Made by a program: the position numbers and the translations under genes
In this document: piece by piece, positions 45,096-56,723 of the stretch
Numbering within the stretch: position 1 is the first letter of the stretch
Layout of the letters: the number at the start of each line of letters is the position of its first letter
Origin: Malacoraja senta
Lineage: Eukaryota
DNA length: 64,000 nt
NCBI GenBank assembly: GCA_038087875.1
Contig: CM075995.1
Location: forward strand, 1,552,001-1,616,000
Reading direction: 5' to 3'
The notes under the pieces: model-generated
The model's input: only the letters and a program-made list of their open reading frames with translations
Database searches by the model: none
Told to the model about the DNA's origin: nothing

Positions 45096-47543
45096 GTTTC
45101 CGTTAACACAAAGTTCTAGAGGGAGAGTAGAGAGTGAGGCCATCCCATTTATTCTTCCATCGTGCACTGGCTTGGCGGGGCTCTTCTACTTTAGTGGGAA
45201 TCTGAATATTTCCGAGCAATAGTGATATCGATGAAGCTATCATCTGCCCCCGAGTCAATCAGAGCACTAAGTTTCAATAGCGGGTCTCCAAAGTGTACTG
45301 TAATCGGAGTGAGTCTTGTGGAAATAGGAGGGAGTTAAACCTTGCTCACCCATAATCCCTCTCTTGCTGGGGAGGGTTGGCTTTTACCGGGCAAGCAGCG
45401 ATGAAGTGTCCGGGACCTCCACAGTAGAGACAACTCCTCTCCCGTATGCGTCTCTGGCGCTCGGCCTCACTCAGCCTGGTGCGGCCAATCTGCACATGTC
45501 CCCCCTCCACTGGATCAGGACCGGGATGCGTGGGGCTCCTTCTTCCCGAGGGAAGTGAGACAACCGGCTCACTATGGGGAGAGGCGTGTGATGGGTAAGG
45601 GCACTGTTTGAGAGCTGCTGACAGCTTGTCTCACTTTCGCTCTCAGAGCCGGTTATCTATCCAGATGGTTAAATCAATCAGCTCGTCCAGATCCAAGGGA
45701 AGGTCCCGTTGAGGCCAACTCATCCTCGGGTTCCCGTTGAGCCCATGGATGAAGGTACTGAGCAGAGCGGTATCACACCAACCGCTCTCCAAAGCAGTGG
45801 TTCGAAAATCAATGGCGTAATCGGCAACAGAGCATAACCCCTGGCGGAGATGCAGCATCCTCTGGGCTGCCTCTCTTCCGATCAAAGGGTGGTTGAAAAT
45901 CTTTCTCAGCTCTGCCGAAAAACAGGCAAAGTCCTGGCACAAGTCTAGCTGTCTCTCCCAGACAGCTGTACCCCAGGCTGAAGCATGTCCTGACAGCAGG
46001 GAGATGGCATGGGCCTCTTCGTAGCGTTCTGCGCTGAAGCGAGGACGGTTGTAGCTAAAAAAAAAAAAGAGCACTGGGATAGGAATGACCTGCAGGTAGA
46101 AGGATCACCATGGTTTCAGCTCGGGGGAGGAGTGTGGAAAGAATCTCAAGTGTCTGGGGGCGTGGCAGGTGTGACACACACAAGAGATTAGTGCGCAAAA
46201 TTAGAGCACATGGTATTGGGGGTAGAGTATTGACATGGATAGACAGGAAGCAAAGAGTAGGAATTAACGGGTCCTTTTCAGAATAACAGGCAGTGACTAG
46301 TGGGTTGCCGCAAGACCCGGTGCTGGGACCACAGTTACTTACAATTACGTATATATTGACGACTTAGACAAGGGAATGACAGTAAATGTAACATCTCCAA
46401 GTTTGAGGATGACACAAAGCTGGGTGGCAGTGTGAGCTGCGAGGAGGATGCTATGAGGCTGCAGGGTGACTTGGATAGGTTGGGTGAGTGGGCAGATACA
46501 TGGCAGATGCAGTATAATGTGGATAAATGTGAGGTTATCCACTTTGGTGGCAAGAACAGGAAGGCAGATTATTATCTGAATAGTGTCAGATTAGGAAAAG
46601 GAGAGGTGCAACGAGACCTGGGTGTGCTTGTACATCAGTCACTGAAAGTAAACGTGCAGGTACAGCAGGCAGTGAAGAAAGCTAATGGCATGTTGCCCTT
46701 CACTACGAGAGGATTTGAAGTTAGGAGCAAGGAGATCCCACAGCAGTTGTACAGGGCCCTGGTGAGACCACATCTGAAATATTGTGTGCAATTTTGGTCT
46801 CCTAGTTTGAGGAAGGACATTCTTGCAAATGAGGGAGTGCAGCGTAGGTTCACCAGGTTAATTCCTGGGATGGCGGGACTGACATATGATGAAAGAATGG
46901 GTTGACTGGGCTTGTATTCATTAGAATTTAGAAGGATGACGCTGGATCTTATAGAAACATATAAAATTCTTAAAGGATTGGACAGGCTAGATGCAGGAAA
47001 TTTTTTCTCATTGTTGGGTGAGTCCAGAACCAGGGGTCACAATTTAAGAGTAGGCTACTTAGGACTGAGATGAGGAAAAAACTTTTTCACCCAGGGAGTT
47101 GTGAATAGTTTAGTTTAGAGATACAGCGTGGAAACAGGCCCTTCGGCCCACCGTGTCTGCGCTGACCAGCGACTAACACTATCCTACACACACTAGGGAC
47201 ATTGTTTACATTTACCAAGCCAATTTACCTACACACCTGTACGTCTTTGGAGTGTGGGTGGAAACCAAAGATCTCGGAGAAAACCCACGTAGGTCACGCG
47301 GAGAACGTACAAACTCCGTACAGACAAGCACCCGTAGTCAGAATCAAACCCGGGTCTCTGGCGCTGCATTCGCTATAAGGCAGCAACTCTACCGCTGCGC
47401 CACCGTGCCGCTCGGTATCTGTGGAATTCTCTGCCACAGAAGGCAATGGAGGAAAATAGTGAGATTAAACGAGAACTTACCAGTTTGAAGTTTGATCTGT
47501 ATTTTATGAGGAGTTACGATGAGGGATTACGTGAAGAACCCTC

Positions 47544-49500
47544 TCAGTGCGCAGGCGCGGCATACTTATCATCCAGGTATGCCATGACAATTAAACCCAG
47601 GAGTTTAATTTTCTCATGACATGGGTGGCTGATGCCTGTTACTGGGTGAGTTAATAATCCTGGATCACTGGGAAAGACCATTGGTGACTCAACCACCATG
47701 TCATGTAGAACCGGGAACCATGGCTGTGTAGGCCAGTCGGGCACCATCAAAATTCCAGAAGCAGAGTCCATCTGTATTTTGCAAAGTACCCGACTGATGA
47801 GGCAGAAGGGAGGGAAAGCATAGAAGAAGAACTTTCCCCAATCCAGCGTGAAGGCATCTAGCCCTGCTGCCTCTGGGTCTGGTTCCCAAGCGACATACAT
47901 AGGTAACTGGTGATTTAGTCGTGATCCAAATAAATCGATATCTGGCGTTCCATACTGCTTAATAACTTTAGCAAATACTTTAGGGTTTAACATCCATTCG
48001 ATGTTATCATTGAATTTGCGTGACCTGGTGTCTGCCACTGTGTTTAGCTTACCTGGTAGATAAGTAGCTGATAGCCAAATATGTCTTTCGACACACCATT
48101 GCCAAATCACATTGACCAATTTGTCGCATGATAATGATTTTATGCCGCCCATATGGTTAATATAAGCCACCACCGTAGTATTATCAATCTGTAACCGAAC
48201 ATGCAAGTGCTGCATAGTAGATACATATGCTTTTAAACCATAAAAGGCTCCCAACATCTCTAGATAGTTAATGCCCAGTGTCAGTAGTAATGATGACTCT
48301 AGGTTAGTCCATCTACCACCTGTGCTGGATATGGAGTTAGTTGCTCCCCAGCCTTGAGCACTGGCATCTGTTTGAAGAACTAAAGTAGGGTTAGTGATGA
48401 TGATAGAGCTGACACTATGCCAAACATTTTCTGCCCACCACTGTAGCTCTGATATTGCTTCAGTGGGTAATTTCATGACACGATCATAGTGACCTGTATG
48501 TCGTTTTAGTGCCTGTACCTTTGCTCTTTGTAAATTTTGATAGTGCAAAGGTCCGAATTGTGTAGCCGGAAATGCTGCTACCATTTTCCCAATCACTCTT
48601 GCTACTTGTCGAATAGTTGGTCGTTTGTTGACCATTAAATTGTTGCATGATTGCGCTAATGCAACCATTTTTTCCTTTGGCAAGGTAACAGTCATATGGA
48701 CTGAGTTAATTGTGAAGCCCAGGTAGTCCATGATAGTGGATGGCTTCAACTTAGATTTATCTGGATGTATGACGAACCCCAGAGTTTCGAGGAGCTGTTT
48801 TGTAGCTGATACTGCTGCCACAGCCAATTCCTTCGTTTTCCCTACTATCAGAATATCATCCAGGTATGCCATGACAATATGTTTTTGTTTTCTTAGTATT
48901 GCCATGGCTATTTTCAATATTTTGGTGAATAATCTTGGGGCCGAAGTTAGCCCATTGGGCAATGCTTTGTACTGCCACAGCTGCCCCAACCAGGTAATTT
49001 TAGGTATCTGCAATGATCTTTGTGTATGGGGACTGAATAGTACGCATCTTTAAGATCAATGCTTGCCATGAAATATCCTTTGGAAATCAGTTGTTTGGCA
49101 GTAACAAATGTTTCCATTTTGAAATGTATATACTCAACAAACTTATTTAGTGATCTTAAGTCAATGAGGATGCGACATCCCCCATCTTTTTTGGTTTTAG
49201 TGAATATATTTGATACAAATTCCAAAGGTTCATGTTTGGTCTTTTCGATGACCCCCTTTGTCCCTCACGTTTCTCTTTGACGGAGGGAGAAAATACCCTT
49301 TGGGGCCAATGCTGAACTGGCGGCGATTGTTCTGACATGAACTGAATTTTATATCCCCTAATGCTGTTGAGTATATACTTGTCACTCGTGATAGTAACCC
49401 ATGCTTCTTTAAACAAGTGTAATCTCCCCCCTGTTAGTAACGCACCCTTATTCTCTATATGCTGGCAGGAACCAGACCCACCTACCTCCATGGTTATTGG
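47544..49500 (-). pseudogene. DIRS pol: RT, RNase H and phage-like adenine methyltransferase domain (frameshifted)
   Basis: SIDLKDAY, LPNGL, YLDD, TDAS-GWG, INYLE, DNTT, N-VAD-SR, IDLF, YAFPPF. Confidence 0.92.
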
Positions 49501-50744
49501 TGTTTCTTTTGTTTCCTGATGTTTTTGTAGGCTTTGCCTGTCTGACGTGCTGGCGATGTTGGGGGGTGGCGCATTTTCCATGGGGTCCGCTGTGGGCCCT
49601 GATCTAAAAAAGATCTTTGGGGATAAAATGCGGTCCCCGAGCTTTCACCAGTCCCATATTGAGGACGTCGACTGGTGGATGCCATGGGGTGCTGCCGCTT
49701 GGGTATTGCAGCTCTTGGTTTGCTCGTCCCGGGGCCTGCCCTCATGAGGCCGAAAGATTTCGCTGCTTCCTCCATGTCCCTCAGTTTTTTATTGAGGTCT
49801 TTCCCAAATAACAGAGCGTCCGTCTCTGCAGCTGGGGCTCTGCACAACCCAGCAAATTTGGGATTGAGGGCAGGTCTTATGTTTTCCCGCCGGAGATTGT
49901 TGATTTCAAATTGTGTGTTGCACATCAGTGCCAGCACATCCTGCTGGCACGTATCCATCTCCGTACTGTCCACTGAACGAGCAAAGGCTGTAATGGCCGA
50001 CGTCAGGAGCCTTAGGATCCGCTGTAGCTTGACTTCATGGTTACGCATGTTTGACCCCACGTGCCCCCAGATCTGGCTGTTCACAGTCTTCACTCTGAGG
50101 GCCTCACAGTTCTCTGGTGCTGTGTAAAGTTCAAGCGCCTCAAGAAGTACCTTCTCCTGTAAGGGCTTATTTGACAGATGATTGATGCTGGCCGCCATTT
50201 TTGGTTCCAGCGGTCTTCCAGCCCGTGGGGTTGCTACATAGCGGTCCACGACACCCAGCAGCTCTTCCTGCTCCTGCACCCCTTGCATACTGCCGAATTC
50301 GTCCGCCAGCCCCTGTTCCAGACCAGCCCAACCCTGGTCACCAATGCTAGCCTCCAGTAATGAGGGAGCAGAGGGCAGTGCACAAGACACTGTGGAGGAG
50401 GTGCCTGACCTACCTCTGCGAGAACGCTCCTTCTGCGTATCCCACTGGAGCATCTGCTCCAAGAGCTGTTGTAAGCTCTGGCGGCTGTCTCTCCTCCGTG
50501 TAGGTGGAGACATGTCCCCATCCGACGAATCAGAAATGACCGGCCGGATACTTTTCCTCATGGCTTTCCTCCCTGTCTGCTGTGCAGGCATTAGCGGGAC
50601 TGGGCTCGGCTCGGTCTCGGGGATAGCGGAGCGCTCTATGTGCGTTCCTGCCGCCTGTTGCTGCCCCCCTGAGATTGAACGCTCCTCTGGTGGAGATGAG
50701 CTGGGGGCAGTTCTTTTGGAGAGTCTTTTCTTCTGTGTACTCAT
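49494..50744 (-). CDS. DIRS gag-like ORF1 (416 aa open)
   Basis: Lies upstream of and overlaps pol; P-NC-L, VN-IW, RRENIRP-LN, LLFG-DL motifs. Confidence 0.8.
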   Translation of the reverse strand: MSTQKKRLSKRTAPSSSPPEERSISGGQQQAAGTHIERSAIPETEPSPVPLMPAQQTGRKAMRKSIRPVISDSSDGDMSPPTRRRDSRQSLQQLLEQMLQWDTQKERSRRGRSGTSSTVSCALPSAPSLLEASIGDQGWAGLEQGLADEFGSMQGVQEQEELLGVVDRYVATPRAGRPLEPKMAASINHLSNKPLQEKVLLEALELYTAPENCEALRVKTVNSQIWGHVGSNMRNHEVKLQRILRLLTSAITAFARSVDSTEMDTCQQDVLALMCNTQFEINNLRRENIRPALNPKFAGLCRAPAAETDALLFGKDLNKKLRDMEEAAKSFGLMRAGPGTSKPRAAIPKRQHPMASTSRRPQYGTGESSGTAFYPQRSFLDQGPQRTPWKMRHPPTSPARQTGKAYKNIRKQKKHQ

Positions 50745-51498
50745 TTTGTAAGAACACGTCTCCTACTCTCCTTCTCCGTTAGACTAGTTCAGCATACTTA
50801 CCCAACGGTCCGTCTTTTAATCTGCAGCCGGAGAGCCTTCCTCCAGCTGCCGCCGCTGTTGCACTGCTGGCGTAAATGCCGCGCCTGCGCATTGAGCGGG
50901 TTCTTCACGTAGTCACTCACGTGACTCCGAAGTAAAATTCACTGGATGTTTTCAAGAGAGCGTGAGAATTAGCTCTTAGGGCTAAAGGAATCAATGGATA
51001 TGAGGAGAAAGCAGGAAAGGGGTACTGATTTTAGATGATCAGCCATAATCATATTGAATGGCAGTGCTGGCTCGACGGGCTGAATAGCCTACCCCTGCAC
51101 CTATTTTTCTATGTTTTTATGTTTCTATTAAATCTATTCCCCTTCACCTTAAACCCACGTCCTCGTCCTCGATTCACTCACTCTGGCCAAGAGACTCTGT
51201 GCATCAACCAACACCTGAAATTAAGTTGACTTGAGTTGAGTTGAGTTTAGTTCATTGTCACGTGTACCGAGGTACGGTGAAAAGCTTTTGTTGCGTGCTA
51301 ACCAGTCAGTGGAAAGACAATACATTGTTACAATCGAGCCGTCTACAGTGTACAGATACATGATAAAGGGAATAACATGAATAACCTTCCTACACACATG
51401 GCCCGTTTTCATAGATAGACACACAATGCTGGAGTGACTCGGCGGGACAGGCAGCATCTCTGGAGAGAAGGAATGGGCGGCGTTTCGGGTCGAGATCC

Positions 51499-53191
51499 TT
51501 CTTCCTCCTTTCTGCCTCATCAGTCGGGTCTTACGCAAAATTACAACAAGACTCGGATGTGGTATTTTGGTAGTGCCCGATTGGCCTACTCAACCATGGT
51601 TCCCTGTGATTCTCGACATGGTCTTGGAACCATGTATCTCCATTCCGAAACAGCCAGATTTGTTGATCCATCCTGTAAGGGGCGAAAGCCACCCATGCCA
51701 TGACAGGACAAATCTGTTGATTTGTAGAATCTAAAAAGACCACTACTGGACCTGGGGCTGACGGACCGAACTATGAATATGATCACGGCGGCTCACAGGC
51801 AGCCCACGAAACAACAATATCTGGCATACATCAGGAAGTGGGAGAAATATTGTTCAAGGACCAACATCTCGTACTGTACGGCGAACGTAACGTCCGTTCT
51901 GGAATTCCTGGCTAGCCTTGACTATGATGAAGGGCTCAGTTATAGTGCCATAAACTGCGCCAGGAGTGCCCTTTCAGTATATCTGTGGCAAGGATCAGAG
52001 CGTCACTCTGTTGGGTCTCACCCACTGGTAACCAAACTAATGAGGGGAATATTTAATACCAATCCCCCTAGGACCAGGTCTTCCCATATCTGGGATGTCA
52101 GTGTAGTCCTTACGCTGCTGAGGAGTTGGTCACCAGCAACAGCCCTGTCCCTGCAAAGACTAACTCAAAATATAGTCATGTTGATAGCTTTGGTTTCGGC
52201 ACAACGAGGCCAGTCACTACATAAATGAAGGCTGGACACGATGGCTATTTCAACTAGCAAAATAACCTTTTTCATCTACGAATTGGTAAAACAGAACAGA
52301 CCGGGATCATCAGGCTTCAAATTGGAATTCAGAGCATACCCGATAAATGATCGTATATGCGCTATGACGCATTTATTACAATACATGAAGGTCACTAAAC
52401 AGCTCAGAGGCAAGGAAATGGTATTACTGCTCAGCCATAAACAGCCCCATAGAAGGGTATCTGTACAAACTATTTCTAGATGGCTTAGACAGGTTTTGGG
52501 GGCTGCTGGGGGTGGATACTAACATATTTAAATCTCATTCCACCAGGGCTGCAGCTGCATCGGCAGCTATGGGATTGGAGGTACCCATGGACCACATCCT
52601 GGGGACAGCAGGATGGTCCAAAGAAAAAACCTTTCAGCAATATGCGACAAACCTGCGACGTTTGCAGAATCTATTTTAAGTTCTGTACTATGATTTACCC
52701 CATATAAAAGGGGCTATAATTTTGTTTGTTAAATAAATTCATCATGATTTTCAATGTCTGATTCATGTTTGAATATGTTAACATAATTCCTCCCTTAGTC
52801 AATTACGGCAGTCTGTGAGGCATGGACTCGTTCCACGGCATGAAATCACAGAGCTTTAAAATCTTCACGTAGTCACTCACGTGACTCCAAAGTAAAATAG
52901 TAAGATTAAACGAGAACTTACCAGTTTGAAGTTTGATCTTTATTTTATGAGGAGTAACGTTGAGGGATTACGTGCCCTCCACGCCCACCCTCGATCATAA
53001 AGTCAACTGGTATCCTAGTTGTCTAATCTTACTATGTTCAGTTCACTTACTGTTATCTGTGATTTCACACTGCTGCTTTGAAGATTGACACGCATGCGTC
53101 CTGGCGGGGTCTTCACGTAATCCCTCAACGTTACTCCTCAAAAAATAAAGATCAAACTTCAAACTGGTAAGTTCTCGTTTAATTTTCTATT
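51499..53191 (+). mobile_element. 3' half of a second DIRS1-like element (MT end, YR, ICR, right terminal repeat)
   Basis: FPPFCLISRVL..PDWPTQPWFP, YR ORF, ICR at 52862-52974, terminal complement at 53114-53191. Confidence 0.92.
51773..52650 (+). pseudogene. DIRS tyrosine recombinase (stop and frameshift)
   Basis: SAQR, HSTR, AGW, TFQQY match the R-HxxR-W-Y catalytic pattern. Confidence 0.9.
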
Positions 53192-53194
53192 AAT

Positions 53195-53478
53195 GTTCAT
53201 AGTTTTGTCCGAGCCAAGTTTAATAGCCTGATGGCTGTGGGGAAGTAGCTATTCCTGAACCTGGTCGTTGCAGTCTTCAGGCTCCTGTACCTTCTACCTG
53301 AAGGTAGCAGGGAGATGAGTGTGTGGCCAGGATGGTGTGGGTCCTTGATGATACTGCCAGCCTTTTTGAGGCAGCGACTGCGATAGATCTCCTCGATGGA
53401 AGGGAGGTCAGAGCCGATGATGGACTGGGCAGTGTTTACTACTTTTTGTAGTCTTTTCCTCTCCAGGGCGCTCAAGTT
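53195..53478 (-). mobile_element. Rex1/Babar 3' fragment (same family as 19746-21012)
   Basis: [18 protein letters not shown]...[11 protein letters not shown]. Confidence 0.9.
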
Positions 53479-56400
53479 ACTCGGATGGTACTTTGGACAG
53501 GTCAGGATTGTCACTAGGAGCAACAGACACAGAGGTGAGGGGAAGACAAGCGGAGCGAAGATAATTAACGTGTCAATCCTCCCCCCAAGTGGTGATCTTG
53601 CCAGTGGACCAGTTTACGGTGGGCTTGTGAGTAGTCAGCCAAGGCCGACCCAGAACGACAGGGACAGGAGGTGAATTTAGCTGGAGCAACTGAATTCTCT
53701 CCTGGTGGTTTCCGTTAACACAAAGTTCTAGAGGGAGAGTAGAGAGTGAGGCCATCCCATTTATTCTTCCATCGTGCACTGGCTTGGTGGGGCTCATCTA
53801 CTTTAGTGGGAATCTGAATATTTCTGAGCAATAGTGATATGGATGAAGCTATCATCTGCCCCCGAGTCAATCAGAGCACTAAGTTTCAATAGCGGGTCTC
53901 CAAAGCGTACTGTAATCGGAGTGAGTCTTGTGGAAATAGGAGGGAGTTAAACCTTGCTCACCCATAATCCCTCTCTTGCTGGGGAGGGTTGGCTTTTACC
54001 GGGCAAGCAGCGATGAAGTGTCCGGGACCTCCACAGTAGAGATAACTCCTCTCCCTTATGCGTCTCTGGCGCTCGGCCTCACTCAGCCTGGTGCGGCCAA
54101 TCTGCACAGGTTCCCCCTCCACTGGATCAGGACCGGGATGCATTGGGCTCCTTCTTCCCGAGGGAAGTGAGACAACCAGCTCACTATGGCGAGAGGCCTG
54201 TGATGGGTAAGGGCACTGTTTGAGAGCTGCTGACAGCTTGTCTCACTTTCGCTCTCAGAGCCGGTTATCTATCCAGATGGTTAAATCAATCAGCTCGTCC
54301 AGATCCAAGGGAAGGTCCCGTTGAAGCCAACTCATCCCCAGGTTCCCGTTGAGCCCATGGATGAAGATACTGAGCAGAGCGGTATCACACCAACCGCTCT
54401 CCAAAGCAGTGGTTCGAAAATCAATGGCGTAATCGGCAACAGAGCATAACCCCTGGCGGAGATGCAGCATCCTCTGGGCTGCCTCTCTTCCGATCAAAGG
54501 GTGGTTGAAAATCTTTCTCAGCTCTGCCGAAAAACAGGCAAGGTCCTGGCAGAAGTCTAGCTGTCTCTCCCAGACAGCTGTACCCCAGGCTGAAGCATGT
54601 CCTGACAGCAGGGAGATGGCATGGGCCTCTTCGTAGCGTTCTGCGCTGAAGCGAGACGGTTGTAGCTAAAAAAAACAAAGAGCACTGGGATAGGAATGAC
54701 CTGCAGGTAGAAGGATCACCATGGTTTCAGCTCAGGGGAGGAGTGTGGAAAGAGTCTCAAGTGTCTGGGGGCGTGGCAGGTGTGACAAACACAAGAGATT
54801 AGTGCGCAAAATTAGAGCACATGGTATTGGGGGTAGAGTATTGACATGGATAGACAGGCAGCAAAGAGTAGGAATTAATGGGTCCTTTTCAGAATAACAG
54901 GCAGTGACTAGTGGGTTGCCGCAAGGCTCGGTGCTGGGACCGCAGTTATTTACAATTATACTGTATATTAACGACCTAGACAAGGGAATGACGGTAAATG
55001 TAACATCTCCAAGTTTGAGGATGACACAAAGCTGGGTGGCAGTGTGAGCTGCGAGGAGGATGCTATGAGGCTGCAGGGTGACTTGGACAGGTTGGGTGAG
55101 TGGGCAGATACATGGCAGATGCAGTATAATGTGGATAAATGTGAGGTTATCCACTTTGGTGGCAAGAACAGGAAGGCAGATTATTATCTGAATAGTGTCA
55201 GATTAGGAAAAGGAGAGGTGCAACGAGACCTGGGTGTGCTTGTACATCAGTCACTGAAAGTAAACATGCAGGTACAGCAGGCAGTGAAGAAAGCTAATGG
55301 CATGTTGCCCTTCACTACGAGAGGATTTGAAGTTAGGAGCAAGGAGATCCCACAGCAGTTGTACAGGGCCCTGGTGAGACCACATCTGAAATATTGTGTG
55401 CAATTTTGGTCTCCTAGTTTGAGGAATGACATTCTTGCAAATGAGGGATAATTCCTGGGATGGCGGGTCTGACATATGATGAAAGAATGGGTTGACTGGG
55501 CTTGTATTCATTAGAATTTAGAAGGATGAGGGTGGATCTTATAGAAACATATAAAATTCTTAAAGGATTGGACAGGCTAGATGCAGGAAAAATGTTCTCG
55601 TTGTTGGGGGAGTCCAGAACCAGGGAGTCACAATTTAAGAGTAGGATACTTAGGACTGAGATGTGGAAAAAACGTTTTCACCCAGGGAGTTGTGAATAGT
55701 TTAGTTTAGAGATACAGCGTGGAAACAGGCCTTTCGGCCCACCGGGTCTGCGCTGACCACACACTAGGGAATTGTTTTCCATTTATACCAAGCCAATTTA
55801 CCTACACACCTGCACGTCTTTGGAGTGTGGGAGGAAACCAAAGATCTTGGAGAAAACCCACGCAGGTCACGCGGAGAACGTACAAACTCCGTACAGACAG
55901 CACCCGTAGTCAGAATCGAACCCGGGTCTCTGGCGCTGCATTCGCTATAAGGCAGCAACTCTACCGCTGCGCCACCGTGCCGCTCGGTATCTGTGGAATT
56001 CTCTGCCACAGAAGGCAATGGAGGCCGATTCACTGGATGTTTTCAAGAGAGAGTGAGATTTAGCTCTTAGAGCGAAAGGAATCAATGGATATGAGGAGTA
56101 CTGGGGTTCTGATTTTAGACGATCAGCCATGATCATATTGAATTGCGGTGCTGGCTCGACGGGCTGAATAGCCTACTGCACCTATTCTTCTATGTTTTTA
56201 TGTTTCTATTAAATCTTTTCCCCTTCACCTTAAACCCATGTCCTTGTCCTCGATTCACCCACTCTGGGCATCACTTGTGTTACTCTAACTTCAACCAGCA
56301 CCTGAAATTAAGTTGAGTTGAGTTGAATTGAGTTTAGTTTATTGTCACGTGTACCGAGGTACGGTGAAAAGCTTTTGTTGCATGCCAACCAGTCAGTGGA

Positions 56401-56723
56401 AAGACAATACATGATTACAATCAAGCCATCCACAGTGTGCAGATACGTGATAAAGGGAATAACATGAATAACCTTCCTACACACATGTTTAAGAAAGAAC
56501 TGCAGATGCTGGAAAAATCGAAGGTAGACAAGAATGCTGGAGAAACTCAGCGGGTGAGGCAGCATCTATGGAGCGAAGTAAACGTTGCATATTCCTTCGC
56601 TCCGTAGATGCTTCCTACACACATGGCCTGTTTCCATAGATAGACACAAAATGCTGGAGTGACTCAGCGGGACAGGCAGCATCTCTGGAGAGAAGGAATG
56701 GGCGACGTTTCGGGTCGAGATCC
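53478..56723 (+). repeat. Tandem segmental duplication, copy 2 (Gypsy gag/protease, CR1, SINE)
   Basis: Starts tactcggatggtactttgg, as at 44311. Confidence 0.92.
56488..56610 (-). mobile_element. Penelope-derived short repeat with internal inversion, 15-bp TSD
   Basis: TSD cttcctacacacatg (56473-56487, 56611-56625); empty site at about 51386. Confidence 0.85.

Larger units (their letters stand above)
43046..46176 (-). mobile_element. Deleted Gypsy (sushi/Tf2-like) LTR retrotransposon
   Basis: TGTCA..TGACA ends, 5-bp TSD cacac (43041-43045, 46177-46181), gag LRQG-SV-DY-F, CCHC knuckle, protease LIDSGA, RT LRPCID/KLDL/MPFGL. Confidence 0.9.
47453..50937 (-). mobile_element. DIRS1-like tyrosine-recombinase retrotransposon with both termini; YR and ICR deleted
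   Basis: 35-bp ITR core (47529-47563, 50876-50910), gag, RT-RH-MT; empty site at about 56020. Confidence 0.93.
42570..51130 (+). mobile_element. Old CR1 ORF2/3' end fragmented by Gypsy, SINE and DIRS insertions (pieces 42570-43045, 46177-47452, 50938-51130)
   Basis: Collinear CR1 motifs resume after each insertion. Confidence 0.85.
44311..51498 (+). repeat. Tandem segmental duplication, copy 1 (carrying later CR1 and DIRS insertions)
   Basis: Collinear with 53478-56723 across Gypsy/CR1/SINE/Rex/PLE junctions. Confidence 0.92.

Noticed and set aside
45360..46074. Domesticated PEG10/RTL-like gag gene
   Set aside because: Frameshifted, truncated and inside a TSD-flanked Gypsy element.
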